The notes below the pieces were generated by a model. It did no database searches and was not told the origin of the DNA. It saw only the letters and a program-made list of their open reading frames with translations. Made by a program: the position numbers and the translations under genes. DNA of 64,000 nucleotides from Ptychomitrium polyphyllum. Its lineage: Eukaryota. This document shows positions 53,154 through 64,000 of the stretch, in pieces. The DNA lies in the NCBI GenBank assembly GCA_973851085.1, contig OZ316775.1, positions 11,904,001 to 11,968,000 of the forward strand. Reading direction: 5' to 3'. Numbering within the stretch: the stretch's first letter is position 1; each line of letters starts with the position of its first letter.

Positions 53154-53806
53154 TGATGTGTCATCAGCAGCCGTTAGCTTCACAAAGAAGTTTTTCCTTC
53201 ATAGACAAGTATAAGAAGGGAGGAGAGATATCCAAACCTCCAATTGTATGCAGTATTATTTCCAAAATAGATCATTTCCAGATTCTAGCCAGTATGTGAA
53301 ATCTTCGTATTATCATGAATATGCGTGAAGAGTAGTCGGCCATGCCTTCATCAACAACAGCATCTGTTGAGTCAACAAAACTTTTCCAGCCCTCGGTGAT
53401 AAAGGATCTAAGTCAAGATATGGGAGGGATATTCCAACGTCGAGTACGACCTCGTGCAGAAGTATTGACTAATTGCCCTTCACATTTTAGTGTTGATTCA
53501 GATGCTCGCGCTTTAGTCATCTTGTTAGAAATTAGAAGAATCACTCTTGGAGGACCCGAAATCTTGTTTGGAGGATGTTTTGAAGGACTTAATCAAGATC
53601 AGATCTTGGGATGGGATATTTCAACAACAGAAGTCTTGGCTGGTGGTCATCGACGCTTTTTGCAAGGACCAGTTGAACCAGTGAACAAAGAACAACGAGC
53701 AGAGTTTGTTGCTTCACTTCTTCGACAAATTTTGGAATTTGTGGAAATGTGATGAGCAAGCCAAGAAAAAGCTCCTCATGGGACTCATCGCTAAATGGGG
53801 AGGTGA

Positions 53807-54420
53807 TGTCACTGACATAGATCATACAACATAGTTCTTAGAACATTCTGGAACCTTCTAGTATACTATAATAGCTTCTTAGAATACTTTTAGATGTCTC
53901 CATAGTCTTTTCCATGTTCTTAAGAAGCTTTCTAGGAAAGTCCCTCCACCTTAGGTAACTTCCTAGGAAACTTCCTACGAAGTTTCCATCACCTTAAGAA
54001 ACTTCCTAAGAAGGTTCCATCATTTTAGGAAACTTCCTAGGAAGGTTCTACTTCTTTAGGAAACTTCCTAAGAAGGTTCCACTACCTTAGGAAACTTCCA
54101 AGGAAGGTTCCAACTCCTTGGAAGCTTTTTAGGAAGGTTCCAACATTTTAGGAAACTTCTTGGGAAGATTCCTTAGACTTCCAAAACATTCTTAAGCCTT
54201 GTAGGAAGCTTCTTTAGAAGTATCCTAGGAGATACAACGTCATAGTATAAATAGGAGGCAAGACAAGGTATTCTTTAGTCTTGCCAACACAAGTTGTGGA
54301 TCATCTTGAATCCTGCCTTGTTCTAGTCTTTGTATCAAGTTTTTGTTAATTAATAGCTCTTTGGAAGCTAATTCTTGGGAAACACTTTGTTTCTGCTTCT
54401 TGTTTCTTGTGTCCCTAACA
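53807..54420 (+). repeat. 3' LTR of inner element (614 bp)
   Basis: TG...CA ends; 74 bp longer than the 5' LTR because of extra ~31-bp U3 repeat units. Confidence 0.95.
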
Positions 54421-54651
54421 TAAGCAATATTTGAAGGACGCTTCCACAATAAAGATACAGAAGTTTATGCTTGGTCTTAAGTAAAAGGCGTTAGACACTA
54501 TTGATGGTTATAAGGACCTATGAACCATTTAAATAGTAAAAGGCAATTGGAATATGTTGCAAATTTCATGCGACAAATTTTGACTTATTACAACTTTGAG
54601 CACTTCTTACAACATGCTCTTTGGAGACCTTAGAACTTGAAGGAAAAGTGA

Positions 54652-54998
54652 TGTCATGAACATACATATTAGAAGCATCTAGAAAGATTATTAGAAGGTT
54701 TATGAAGCTTCTAAGGAAATTATATTGGTTTAGAAAGCTTCCAAAAAAGCAACTCAAGGTTGCTTGAGTACAAAGCAATGTAGTAGAAGTTTCCAAGGCT
54801 TGTAGTTCTAGTATATATAGAAGTCAAGGCTGAAGAGATCTTTAATCTCAAGAATGCATCTTATGTGGTCTAGCTTAGACCTTTTGGCTTTGTCTTTGTA
54901 CCTTGTAATAGCTCTTTACCTCTAATATATCTTGGACATATCTTGTTCCACATCTTGGAATCATGAAGCCTTGTCTTGTAGTTACTTTTTCCATAACA
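54652..54998 (+). repeat. 3' LTR of outer element
   Basis: TGTCA...TAACA, preceded by a PPT; collinear with 42389-42777. Confidence 0.88.
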
Positions 54999-56131
54999 CC
55001 AAATGCGCTATTTGTATGAATGTATTTGGCTCCAAAAGTAGATGGATTCTAAGAACGTGTCAATACATGTACCATCAACAATGTCTCTTGTTTGACTGCC
55101 TTGTTTGGAGGAGGTGCATCATATGCAAGGCCCCCTTTTACAAGATGTTCTACAAAATGTTCAACTCCCATGGCTTGATGCCACCAAGTTGGAAGCACAA
55201 TCTTGACAACAAGCCATAATCTATTTACATGAATATGTGGGGCAAAGACTTGATTTGGAGTTGGCGGCAAGGAATCCATACTTTTTACAAGAGTGATATT
55301 AGCTCGCAATTGAATTAAAATACATGCCCTAAAGAGATTGTTTTGGTTGCTACAAATTGGTAGGTTGTAGAAGAAATAATCATGGGCGGCATATGTTCTT
55401 TTTAATGCATGCGAGGATATTTTAATAAAAAGAGGCAAAGCTTTAAGTTTGGGCTTTATCCTCGAGGACACAAATAGAATTCAACTTAAGAACATATTAC
55501 GGATGTAGACGGACATGCTTCAATGGAGGCACTTGAAAGCCTTGCATACAACAAATTGGCATGGGCTCAAAAATTCACCTTGCAAGCCATAGATTATTTG
55601 TTAGAACAATATAGCCCTCATACACGTAGATTTTTACAACAAATGAGAAATTTTCTTATTATAAGAGCTTTGCTTGATATATATGGGCCTACTTGTCAAA
55701 CGAGGACAAAGCAGCAATTGTTAAATGAAGCTAGGCCAAGCTCAAGTGGTGCGGGATTAAGTGGAACAACAAACAAGCCAATTGATTTAGTAGATGATTA
55801 GATGTATTTCTGGCATATGTAAAGCCATTGATTTTGAATACCAAGTTCAATTTTGTATCCACATAATACTTTAGTTTTGATAATTAGGGAACAAATTAAT
55901 GCTCTACCATCAAAAAAAGTCCTTTAGAATAGTGCTATAATGTTTTGGATTTTATTTTATGGCAAGCTTTTATAATCATGCATACTTAATATAAGTGTGA
56001 GCTAAAGAATTAGCACATTACGGTTTTTTCTCTTAAAAATTGCTAAAAAATGATATATATAGATAGAGTTAGGCCTAATTAGGATCCTAGGGCCAAATTA
56101 CGGGTGTAATGGATCTATAAGGAGATCTTAG

Positions 56132-57688
56132 TGTAATGTGAGCACATGCTTACAACCTATGATGGTGAAGTCCAATAAATAGAGAAAATTAGGAAAAGAA
56201 GAATAAATTCCCAAAATTAGACAAGTAGGAAGTGAGGTAATTAGGTAAGGGGTTACTACTAATTAAAGTAGTGCTCAAATTAAAATAGCAGCTTAAGCTC
56301 AAGAACAATACCTAAATTTAGGATATCAGCTAAAAATAGCATAATAGCTTAATTTAGACTAGCTGCTAAAATCTAGAAATCATCTAAAGTTGAAATAGTA
56401 GCTAAATTTGCAACAACTGCCAAATCTAGAAAATAATTAAATTTAGAATGATAGTGAAAATCTACAACTATTGTTAATTTTAGAAATGCAACTAAATTTA
56501 GAAATAATAGCTACATTTAAGAAAAAGTCAAAGTATGAATTAGGTCAAGTGGCCTAGAAATTTCAGCAACCAATGAGAATAAAGTAGAGAAGTGAGGTTT
56601 CTATAAAAGGGAGGAGAAGGCAAGCTAGGCCATACTCAGTTTTTCTTTTTTGCAAACAAGAGTTAGTTTGGAGCACAACACTTAGTCTTTTTGAGCAAAA
56701 AAAATGGTTAAACTTAGGGTTAGGTTTTGGAATAGTTAGACCATTAGTTTAACACAATTAGTTTTTAGCAAATAGGAATTAGTTATGAGCAAGAGAAGTT
56801 AGTATTGGAGCATTAAAGGCAACAACTAGAGTTCAGATTTTGGGCCATCAGTCCCTCATTGTGCAAGTGTAGGAGCTGAAGTTTATAGGGTTGGTAGAGG
56901 AGGTTATAAGCTTCTCAACAAGCTAAAGCATGCTTGAATCGGAGCTATAAGAAGGAAGAAACAAGCAATTTAGTGAAGGGTGCTTTGGGGGTTACTGCAG
57001 CAAATAGGGTTCGGATTTTGGGTCGTCAGTCCTTCATTGTGCAAGTGTAGGACCTATAATTTGGAGGGTTTGTAGAGAGAATTATAGGCTTTTCAACAAG
57101 CCAAAGAATGTTCAATTTAAAGAAGTATGAAAGAAATGGCGGCCAATTTGGTAGCAGGGGTCTGTTGCCCTCCTCCCGATTTAGAAGACCAACTTTGAAG
57201 GACGGGTTCCAGGCAAACTACAGCGAGCGTGAAGCTGAGATTTTTGTGGCTGTTAGCTCCTTAAATTAACTTTTCAAGGACTGCAAGCACGCAAGAATTG
57301 GATTAAAAACAAAGAAACCACAGCCTGGTTGGTGAAGGGGGCATGTTGCCTTGATTGGAGCACCCCTGGTTTGTTTTTCCTTCTCCTTTGTTTTTATTGC
57401 ATTGACTTGTACTTTGAGTGAATCCCTTCTTCATTTATTTTATCATAAAATTTAACTATGATTACTTCTATTTTTTATTATTTTTGCCTCTAGATGAATA
57501 TTATGTCTTTTTATCTTTTTACTTTTATTCAACCTTTATTTTTTACCTATTAAACCTTAGATGATAAAAACCTTAATCTAAATTCATCCAAGTTCATCCA
57601 TTAGGGTTAGGATTAGGGTTAGGTCGAAGGTAATTTTGACTTCACATAACCTACAATACAAATTAGGCATATAAAATCTTATACTACA
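56132..57688 (+). mobile_element. LTR-like unit of a different family (~1.55 kb; 3' LTR or solo LTR)
   Basis: TGTAATGTGAG...CTTATACTACA imperfect inverted ends; U3-like array of ctaaatttagaaata motifs at ~56310-56520; TATA (ctataaaaggg) at 56601; internal ~105-bp duplication 56830-56935/57007-57110. No TSD found. Confidence 0.5.
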
Positions 57689-58130
57689 ACGCAAATCATA
57701 ATATTACATGAAATTAGGAATGTAAGAATAAAGTGAATCTTCAAATTAGAGGGAGCTTATTTTAATTCACAATAAGCCTACTTTTTTAAAATGTGAAATT
57801 TTCCAACATCATGCCTTGTTCCAATCTACATTGCTCAAAAAAGTGAATCTTGTATTGCATCTAATTAACTAACAATGAAGAACTTCTAATAAATATGAAG
57901 TAATTTAGTAGCTCCAAGGGTGCTTCTCCCTTCCACCAATAGTTGCCAAAGCGTGGTTGTGCACCCACGGTCAATCCAAAAGCGCAATTGCTTGGCGCAA
58001 AGTAGCTGATTCACTTCCCCCACATGGCCTTAGCAACTAAATCTACTAGCAATTGCCACCCACAGTTGCCAAGTTTGGTCATGCATTTAAAGCTTAATCA
58101 TCACATTGCACTTTCCAGGACAAAAATCTT

Positions 58131-58227
58131 CACAATCTCAAGCCGTGCAGCAACTCTGCCATAGTAGAGATTTCACTCTCCACAATCCCAAGTCGTGCAG
58201 CAACTCTGCCATAGTAGTGATTTCACT
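58131..58227. repeat. 50-bp tandem duplication
   Basis: cacaatcYcaagYcgtgcagcaactctgccatagtagWgatttcact x2. Confidence 0.9.
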
Positions 58228-61200
58228 TTTTTTCTTCTGAAACTAGATAATTTACAATACGACATATTAATTGTCAATGACCAAATATGGATGATCTCAA
58301 GCTTATACATTTTCTTTTAATTTTGAAATGTGGACCAACTTCTTAGTAATAATCAAATTCATATTTAGATCCTAATTGGATTAAAAAAATCATTGTTTGA
58401 GCTTACCGCTTAAATTGAATTTTAATAACAAATATATATATTAATAGAATCAATCAAACATTGGCATTTTCTAGAATTTCTTTCTATTCCCAAGATTTAG
58501 AAATATTAAAATACTACATCCAAGTTTGAGATTTGAATTGATATTTAAATATATAACTCCCTTCTCTTCAACAAATTGGTGATGCTAAAAACCACTCAAC
58601 ATAGTATAATTTGGAAACCTTATTTCATGACAAATCAAATATTGTTGATCTTCTGCATAAAATATCAAAAGAACGTTTAATCTTATTTCAATATGTATGA
58701 TTCTAAACTCGGTCATCTTTTTTCATATGAAATTCCTTGTATTCTTTAAGTGAGTTTAATTGATGAATACATATTTGAAGGTGAAAATTGTTTCCTTCAA
58801 TCTATTTCAAGCTTTTTGTTTTGTATCCTAGGAATAACAATTATTGAAAGGTGTGTTGCAAAATGTATTGATGGATTTCTTGAACCAATATGTATTTGGA
58901 ATAACAATAAGAATTCTTTGAACACTCTGATATGTTACAAATGCAAGTGTTAAGAAGATTTGCATTCTTTATAGATGGAAAACTATATCAATGCTATTCC
59001 AAGGTAAATAAATGCAATCAACTCTACTTATCAATAAAAATACATCAAGACAACGATGTTTAAATAAAACAAAGAAATATGTATAGTCAAGATTTGTACA
59101 TGAATACATTTAATATAAGCCGTCAAGTTGAAAATATTCATAGAAGGAAACACGTTTGAATTTCAAACTTTAATATTCAACACCTTATGTATTATGAATT
59201 AAAACCTTGAAATTTGCACCATTTGTTGCTGAAGATTCTAAAATAGGATCATTCTATAATCAATTCCAAAAATATTTTTTAAATTTAAGCATATGGAATA
59301 CGAATTTGAATTTTCTACAATACTCTTATATATATGTACACTCACACTATTGCAAAGTTTTCTTGGAAGTGCTTTGTAGATAATATATTATGCTTGAATC
59401 TAGCTTTATAAATCTAATTGAAGTCATTACAATGGTAATCATAAATAATATTATTGAATGAAATTATTTGATACTCTTGGACTATTTTATAAAATTAAGG
59501 CACAAATAAAAAATAATTTTAAGCTATACATACTATATTAAGAAAGAAGAGTTGAAGATTTAAATGTGCTTGGAAACTCTAAATGGTCATGAAGTATTAA
59601 AATTGTACTAATATTTGTACTATATTATAAAATTGTATACATTCAAGGATTGATTCAATTATGTAGTATTTCAATTAAAGTTAAAAAATACATTCAACTT
59701 TCATTATTCAAATATTAAATTTCCATCAACAATTAAATCATCCAATGCTATAATCAAATAGAATTTTTGTGCTTGGTTGAATGTAGAGAAATCAAACCAA
59801 TACAAAGCAATCAATCATTTTGGAATTTTGGCTCTTTCTAATTTATTTGAAGTGCAAAATTCTATTTCTTAATTCTTCTTCTAAATGCCTAAGAATATAG
59901 GCTAAAATAAAAATGACTTATGATATACCATTAAATCATCATAATTGAAATTTGAACCCAAACTTTTTAAATACAAGCAATGTTGTGTAAAAAGTATTCA
60001 CATAAATATCCTTATATAGTAAGAGAGCTCTAAGCTTTCAACATGTTTGTGTAATTAGTATTTACAAAGTAAGTTCTTTTTTAATGAGAAAACACTTAAT
60101 AAATAAAAAACAAATAACTAGTCATTATAAACATTTTATTAGAACATTCATTTCAATTTAAATTCATTATTGAGGTGTTTAGTCTATAGTAGATAAAAAT
60201 AACACTTATGGTCCATATTAGGAAATCCTACTCCAAAACCATTTATTCAAAACTAGGTTTAAAAAACTTCATATGAAAAATTAAACACCTCAATATTACA
60301 AACTCTATATATGCATAAACCTTAAACGAGACTTTTCAAACCTTTGTATTAGATTCCTACTTATGTTATATGTTTTACATGTAACTTTATAGCCCTAATG
60401 CCATCAGCAATTGCCTTGCCAATGTTTGTTAGTTCTTCAATTCCGTTTATGTGCTCACTAGTTGCAGTTGCATACCAAACACCCACAATCGTATTTCCAT
60501 AGTTTGATGATCTTACAAAAAGTTAAAGTAGCACGGCCAACAACTGCTATTTCATTTGAGGACCCATCATCAAATTCTTGCAATCCTAATTTGGACTTGT
60601 TGTTGCATGCCATAGACGCTTGCCAATGTTGGCCCAATACCTGTTGTTGGCACGACGCTTGCCTTTGTCAACTTCACATCCGCTGTCGCTCGTTGGGACC
60701 CGCAATCGCTCATCCAACAACCATTGTTGTCCCTAAGGGACCCATAGTTGCTCCAACACGGCTATACAGTATGTTATTGCTCACATCCTACCTATTGTCT
60801 CTTGGATCCGACTTGTTGTCGCTTGCACCCAATCCGCAGATCCATAGTCCTAGAACCACTAATTTTATGGATCCTTGCCTAACAATAGAGGGTGGGAGGA
60901 ATAACATTGGAAGGATGTCTTTTAGCGCCCTTCAATTTGCCAGTGTATAATTTGAAGGAAGGTACCATGGATGGCGGTCAAAGAAAAAAGGAGAAAATGA
61001 TTCAAAGGAATTGTAAAAAATGGGCTAAAAATAAGAAAAGGTTAATAACATTACAACATCCACAATTTCAAGAAAATTAGAAATGGCACAAGGTTTCAAA
61101 CCTATGGTTCTTCAAAACTTGCAAGCAATATGTGGAGTGGTGCCACATTAACAAGTTTTTCCCGGAGCTTTGCCACACCTTCAATTGTAAAGGCAGCAAG

Positions 61201-63159
61201 GCTAATCTCCATTAGTGCCCACCATGCCCATTTTTAAAGCATTTTATTGAAGTATACCAATTTCTTTACAATACACCAAACGTATACCAAAATGAGGCAC
61301 TTTTTTGGTTGGCAAGGATGGTCTATACTAAGGTGGCACTTAGAAGAGAAGTGAATTAGAGAAACATTCCTTCAAGGAAAACTTCCATCCACATCATGCT
61401 TTTGGTGGATAGAATTATTTCAAAAGGCATGCGTAAATTTTCCAAAGGTGAATTTGGTAGATTTAGTTGAAAGAGAGTATTAGATATATCCTACAAGGAT
61501 TGGTGAATATCATCAAGCGAAGATGAAAAATACAGACTACATTCCACTTGATCTTCCAACTCCAGTGCCATTGCAAATATTTTTTCCATCACCACCTCTA
61601 GAAGTTGACCACAATCCATTAAAAGACTTACTCTTGGCAATGACCTACAATGATGTGAAGGCAAGCCCTTTCAAAAAAGACCTTTTGGATGAAGATGAGG
61701 AAATATTGGAGGCAAAATTTCAAAGCGCATTGCAATATGTAGAAGAATTAGAAGAAGTAGTGGATATAGCACGCTTTAGAAGAAATCACAAAGACGGGAA
61801 GGAAAAAAACAAAAATTTGAGAAATTCTAGTAGATGCAAGAAGCAATAGGTGAATGAAGATGAAAATGCAAGAAGTGGAGGAAAATGTAGGCAATATAGA
61901 TGAAGTGATATATTAACATTCAACAATAGAACTTGAAATTTTCTATAATAACTATCTAGCCCAATTTTGTACATCCAATTAGACTTCTACTTTAGCCAAT
62001 GTATTTTTGTAAATGAATTAGAACATTTTTGTATCAGAAAAGCACTATTATTTGAAACCTATTAATGGTCATTGAAATTGGAGATATGAGGAATTTTGAC
62101 AATCATTCTTTGACTTATCTTCCATGATAATTGCACTCTCTTGAAGTACATGGATAAATTACATAACCCTGTATTTAAAAATCTTCATTATATTGATGCA
62201 TGCATTTTGATGTTTACATAGACATGACATTTGCATCTTATACCACAATATGCTAAAGCCCAAACATATATCTTGAATATCATAAGTGACCAATAATCTA
62301 AACAAGTTGCCATAGAACAATATTAGCATTCCAAAATGTTGGACAATGAATGACACAATCCGCAATGTGCAGACTTTGAGTTTCAAAGCTTTGTTTGTTG
62401 AATCCTCAAGCCGCAGTTGCTAATTCCCCAAGGCAAAGCCACTAAGTTCCTAAGCCGCAATTGCTGAGTTTTTAAGCCGCAGTTGCCAAGTTTTTAAATA
62501 TGGTTGTATTTCCAATAGTAGATGACTTGCACAATGTCGCGGTTGAAGAAACACATCCACCAAATTTGCAATCTGCGGTCTGGTATTGGTAGTAACGCAG
62601 CAATGGTTGCAAACCCACAATCGCCAAGTTCTAAAAGTTGCAGCCAACAAGGTCAAAACGTCCAATTGGGTGTAAAAGTTACTAGCAACAATGAATTGCT
62701 CTAACACGAAGTAATCCTTAGTGCGCACCTATTGTTCGTCTGTAGCCCTTATGTACAGTCCGTGCCTCAAATCTAGTCACTCAATAACTTATTTGAACTA
62801 GGAATATTTAAGAGAAAGCCCAAAACGTCTAAAGTCATTTTGAGTCCATTTTTGAATTTATAAATATGAATTAGAATTGAATCCTTGTACAAGATCAAAG
62901 AATTGGACATGGCTTGCATCCTATAATTATAGGACATTGTGAAATTATTGCAATTCCTTACTTGTAGCTTGAAATGCCCTCTATTTTATATTTACTAAAT
63001 TATAAGATTAAAACTCTTGGATACTAAATTTCATAGATCTTTGCAGTACATTAGTGAAAACCTTGCTATGTTGTTGACCACTGCGACCGCATGTTCGATA
63101 CCGTGGTTTAGTAGGCTACCACATGACAACATTTAGAATGCATATTTTATAGGAAGAAA

Positions 63160-64000
63160 ATGAATTGGATGAAGGAAAGGGCATTTGCACACTATGGGTG
63201 GAAGAAAACCACAAGAAGCATATGTGAGAAATTATCGACTGCGATGCGCATGAAATTCCAAAATTGCACAAAAATCATTCCAAGTCCTATAACAGAACAT
63301 GAAATGTATGGTGATGGAAATAGGTGTTGCAAGAATGAAGGATCCTCTCAAGGTAGCCTTAGAAGTCAAAATATTCCAAAAAAAGTGGCTTCTTTGCCTG
63401 AGGAGCATATCTTTCCTATAATTGATGGTTCATTTGCATCAAATAAGCTATTATTGCAATCTTCTCCGAGTGCTTCGCACAGCTTACAACAAAAAAATAT
63501 GAACAAAGCATGGGCACTCTTAAAGAATAAGGAATTGGATCATCTATGGTTTTTATTATTTTATGAAGCAAATGTCACATTCAATGTAGCACGTCATCCT
63601 TCATTTGTTAAAGCATTGTAAAAGACCGCATAGGCAATAATGAACTATCAGTCTCTGTTCTATCATGCCATGAGAATAAATTTGATAGCCTCAGCAAGAA
63701 GAAGTAATGAAGAAAAAATTCAAGCGGCCACTAACCACTCCATAAAATATATGGAGCTACTACATGTTTTGACGGATGGGACAATGTGACAAGGAATCTT
63801 CTCATAAATGTCATGATGGTATGCCCGATCAAAGACGTATTCCTTGGTTCCATTGACACTATAGGAAATAAAAAGACAAAGCAATATATTGTGGATTCTA
63901 TGGCCCAGCACGTCAACAATGTTGGCTTAGAAAATATGTTTTGAATTTGTACAGACAATGCATCGGCTATTTTGGAGGTTTTGAAGCTCTTGAGTGATAG
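63160..64000 (+). mobile_element. hAT-family (DUF659-type) transposase remnant, runs off the window end
   Basis: LFYEANVTFNVARHPSF, FDGWDNVTRNLLINVMMVCP..DVFLGSIDT and VGLEN..ICTDNASA; in-frame stops. Confidence 0.88.

Larger units (their letters stand above)
47888..54420 (+). mobile_element. Younger Ty3/gypsy chromovirus (Tcn1/sushi-like), full length, non-functional copy
   Basis: Perfect 5-bp TSD TAAGC (47883-47887 / 54421-54425); near-identical LTRs; gag-PR-RT-RH-IN-chromodomain order; PPT 53793-53806. Confidence 0.97.
42389..54998 (+). mobile_element. Older Ty3/gypsy chromovirus (Tcn1/sushi-like), full length but heavily decayed; hosts the nested element
   Basis: LTRs 42389-42777 and 54652-54998; TSD tcaaa/ccaaa; PPT gaaggaaaagtga 54639-54651. 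Remnants of gag (~43000-43960), PR (ALIDSRAFACFI), RT, RH (KTDASNF, NYEIHNKEVLA), IN (MDFIIDLP) and chromodomain (EYLVYW...TWEP, ~47350-47520). Confidence 0.92.
40738..55801 (+). pseudogene. Intronless ~800-codon ORF with coiled coil and RING finger, split by the 12.6-kb nested LTR insertion (pieces 40738-42388 and 55004-55801)
   Basis: One frame from ATG 40738 through ORFs 41239 and 41578 with scattered stops. Removing 42389-55003 rejoins WPNPKLFVLEYFK|CAICMNVFGSKSRWILRTCQYMYHQQCLLFDCLVWRRCIICKAPF (RING-H2-like spacing, first His decayed to Tyr). Ends IDLVDD* at 55801. Confidence 0.75.

Noticed and set aside
47888..54420. Many coding lesions despite near-identical LTRs (gene conversion?)
   Set aside because: A few percent LTR divergence with C-to-T bias can plausibly account for about a dozen lesions in ~4.5 kb.
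58600..59000. Cys-containing minus frame considered as a giant-virus gene remnant
   Set aside because: No recognisable viral motif and many stops; unsupported without a search.

Overview
Eukaryotic plant nuclear DNA, probably a moss/bryophyte (inferred from GC-rich spliced genes in very AT-rich spacers and a Tcn1/sushi-like chromovirus family). There are two divergently oriented host genes: a 9-exon bromodomain + extra-terminal (GTE/BET) gene on + (17775-22458, ~850 aa) and a many-exon gene of unrecognised function on - (~6451-12162). A decayed partial copy of the GTE 3' end lies at ~28.9-29.35 kb. The rest is mostly transposon territory. A young Ty3/gypsy chromovirus (47888-54420, perfect TAAGC TSD) is nested in an older relative (42389-54998). 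The older element in turn splits a decayed intronless RING-finger ORF that sits head-to-head with a decayed intronless atypical protein kinase. The young element shows a Tf1-like self-priming PBS, a -1 frameshift signal, a perfect heat-shock element and a possible antisense ORF. Also present: a gag/protease remnant carrying an unknown extra ORF (two copies), a ~1.55-kb LTR-like unit and a hAT transposase remnant. All calls are by eye; no searches were run.
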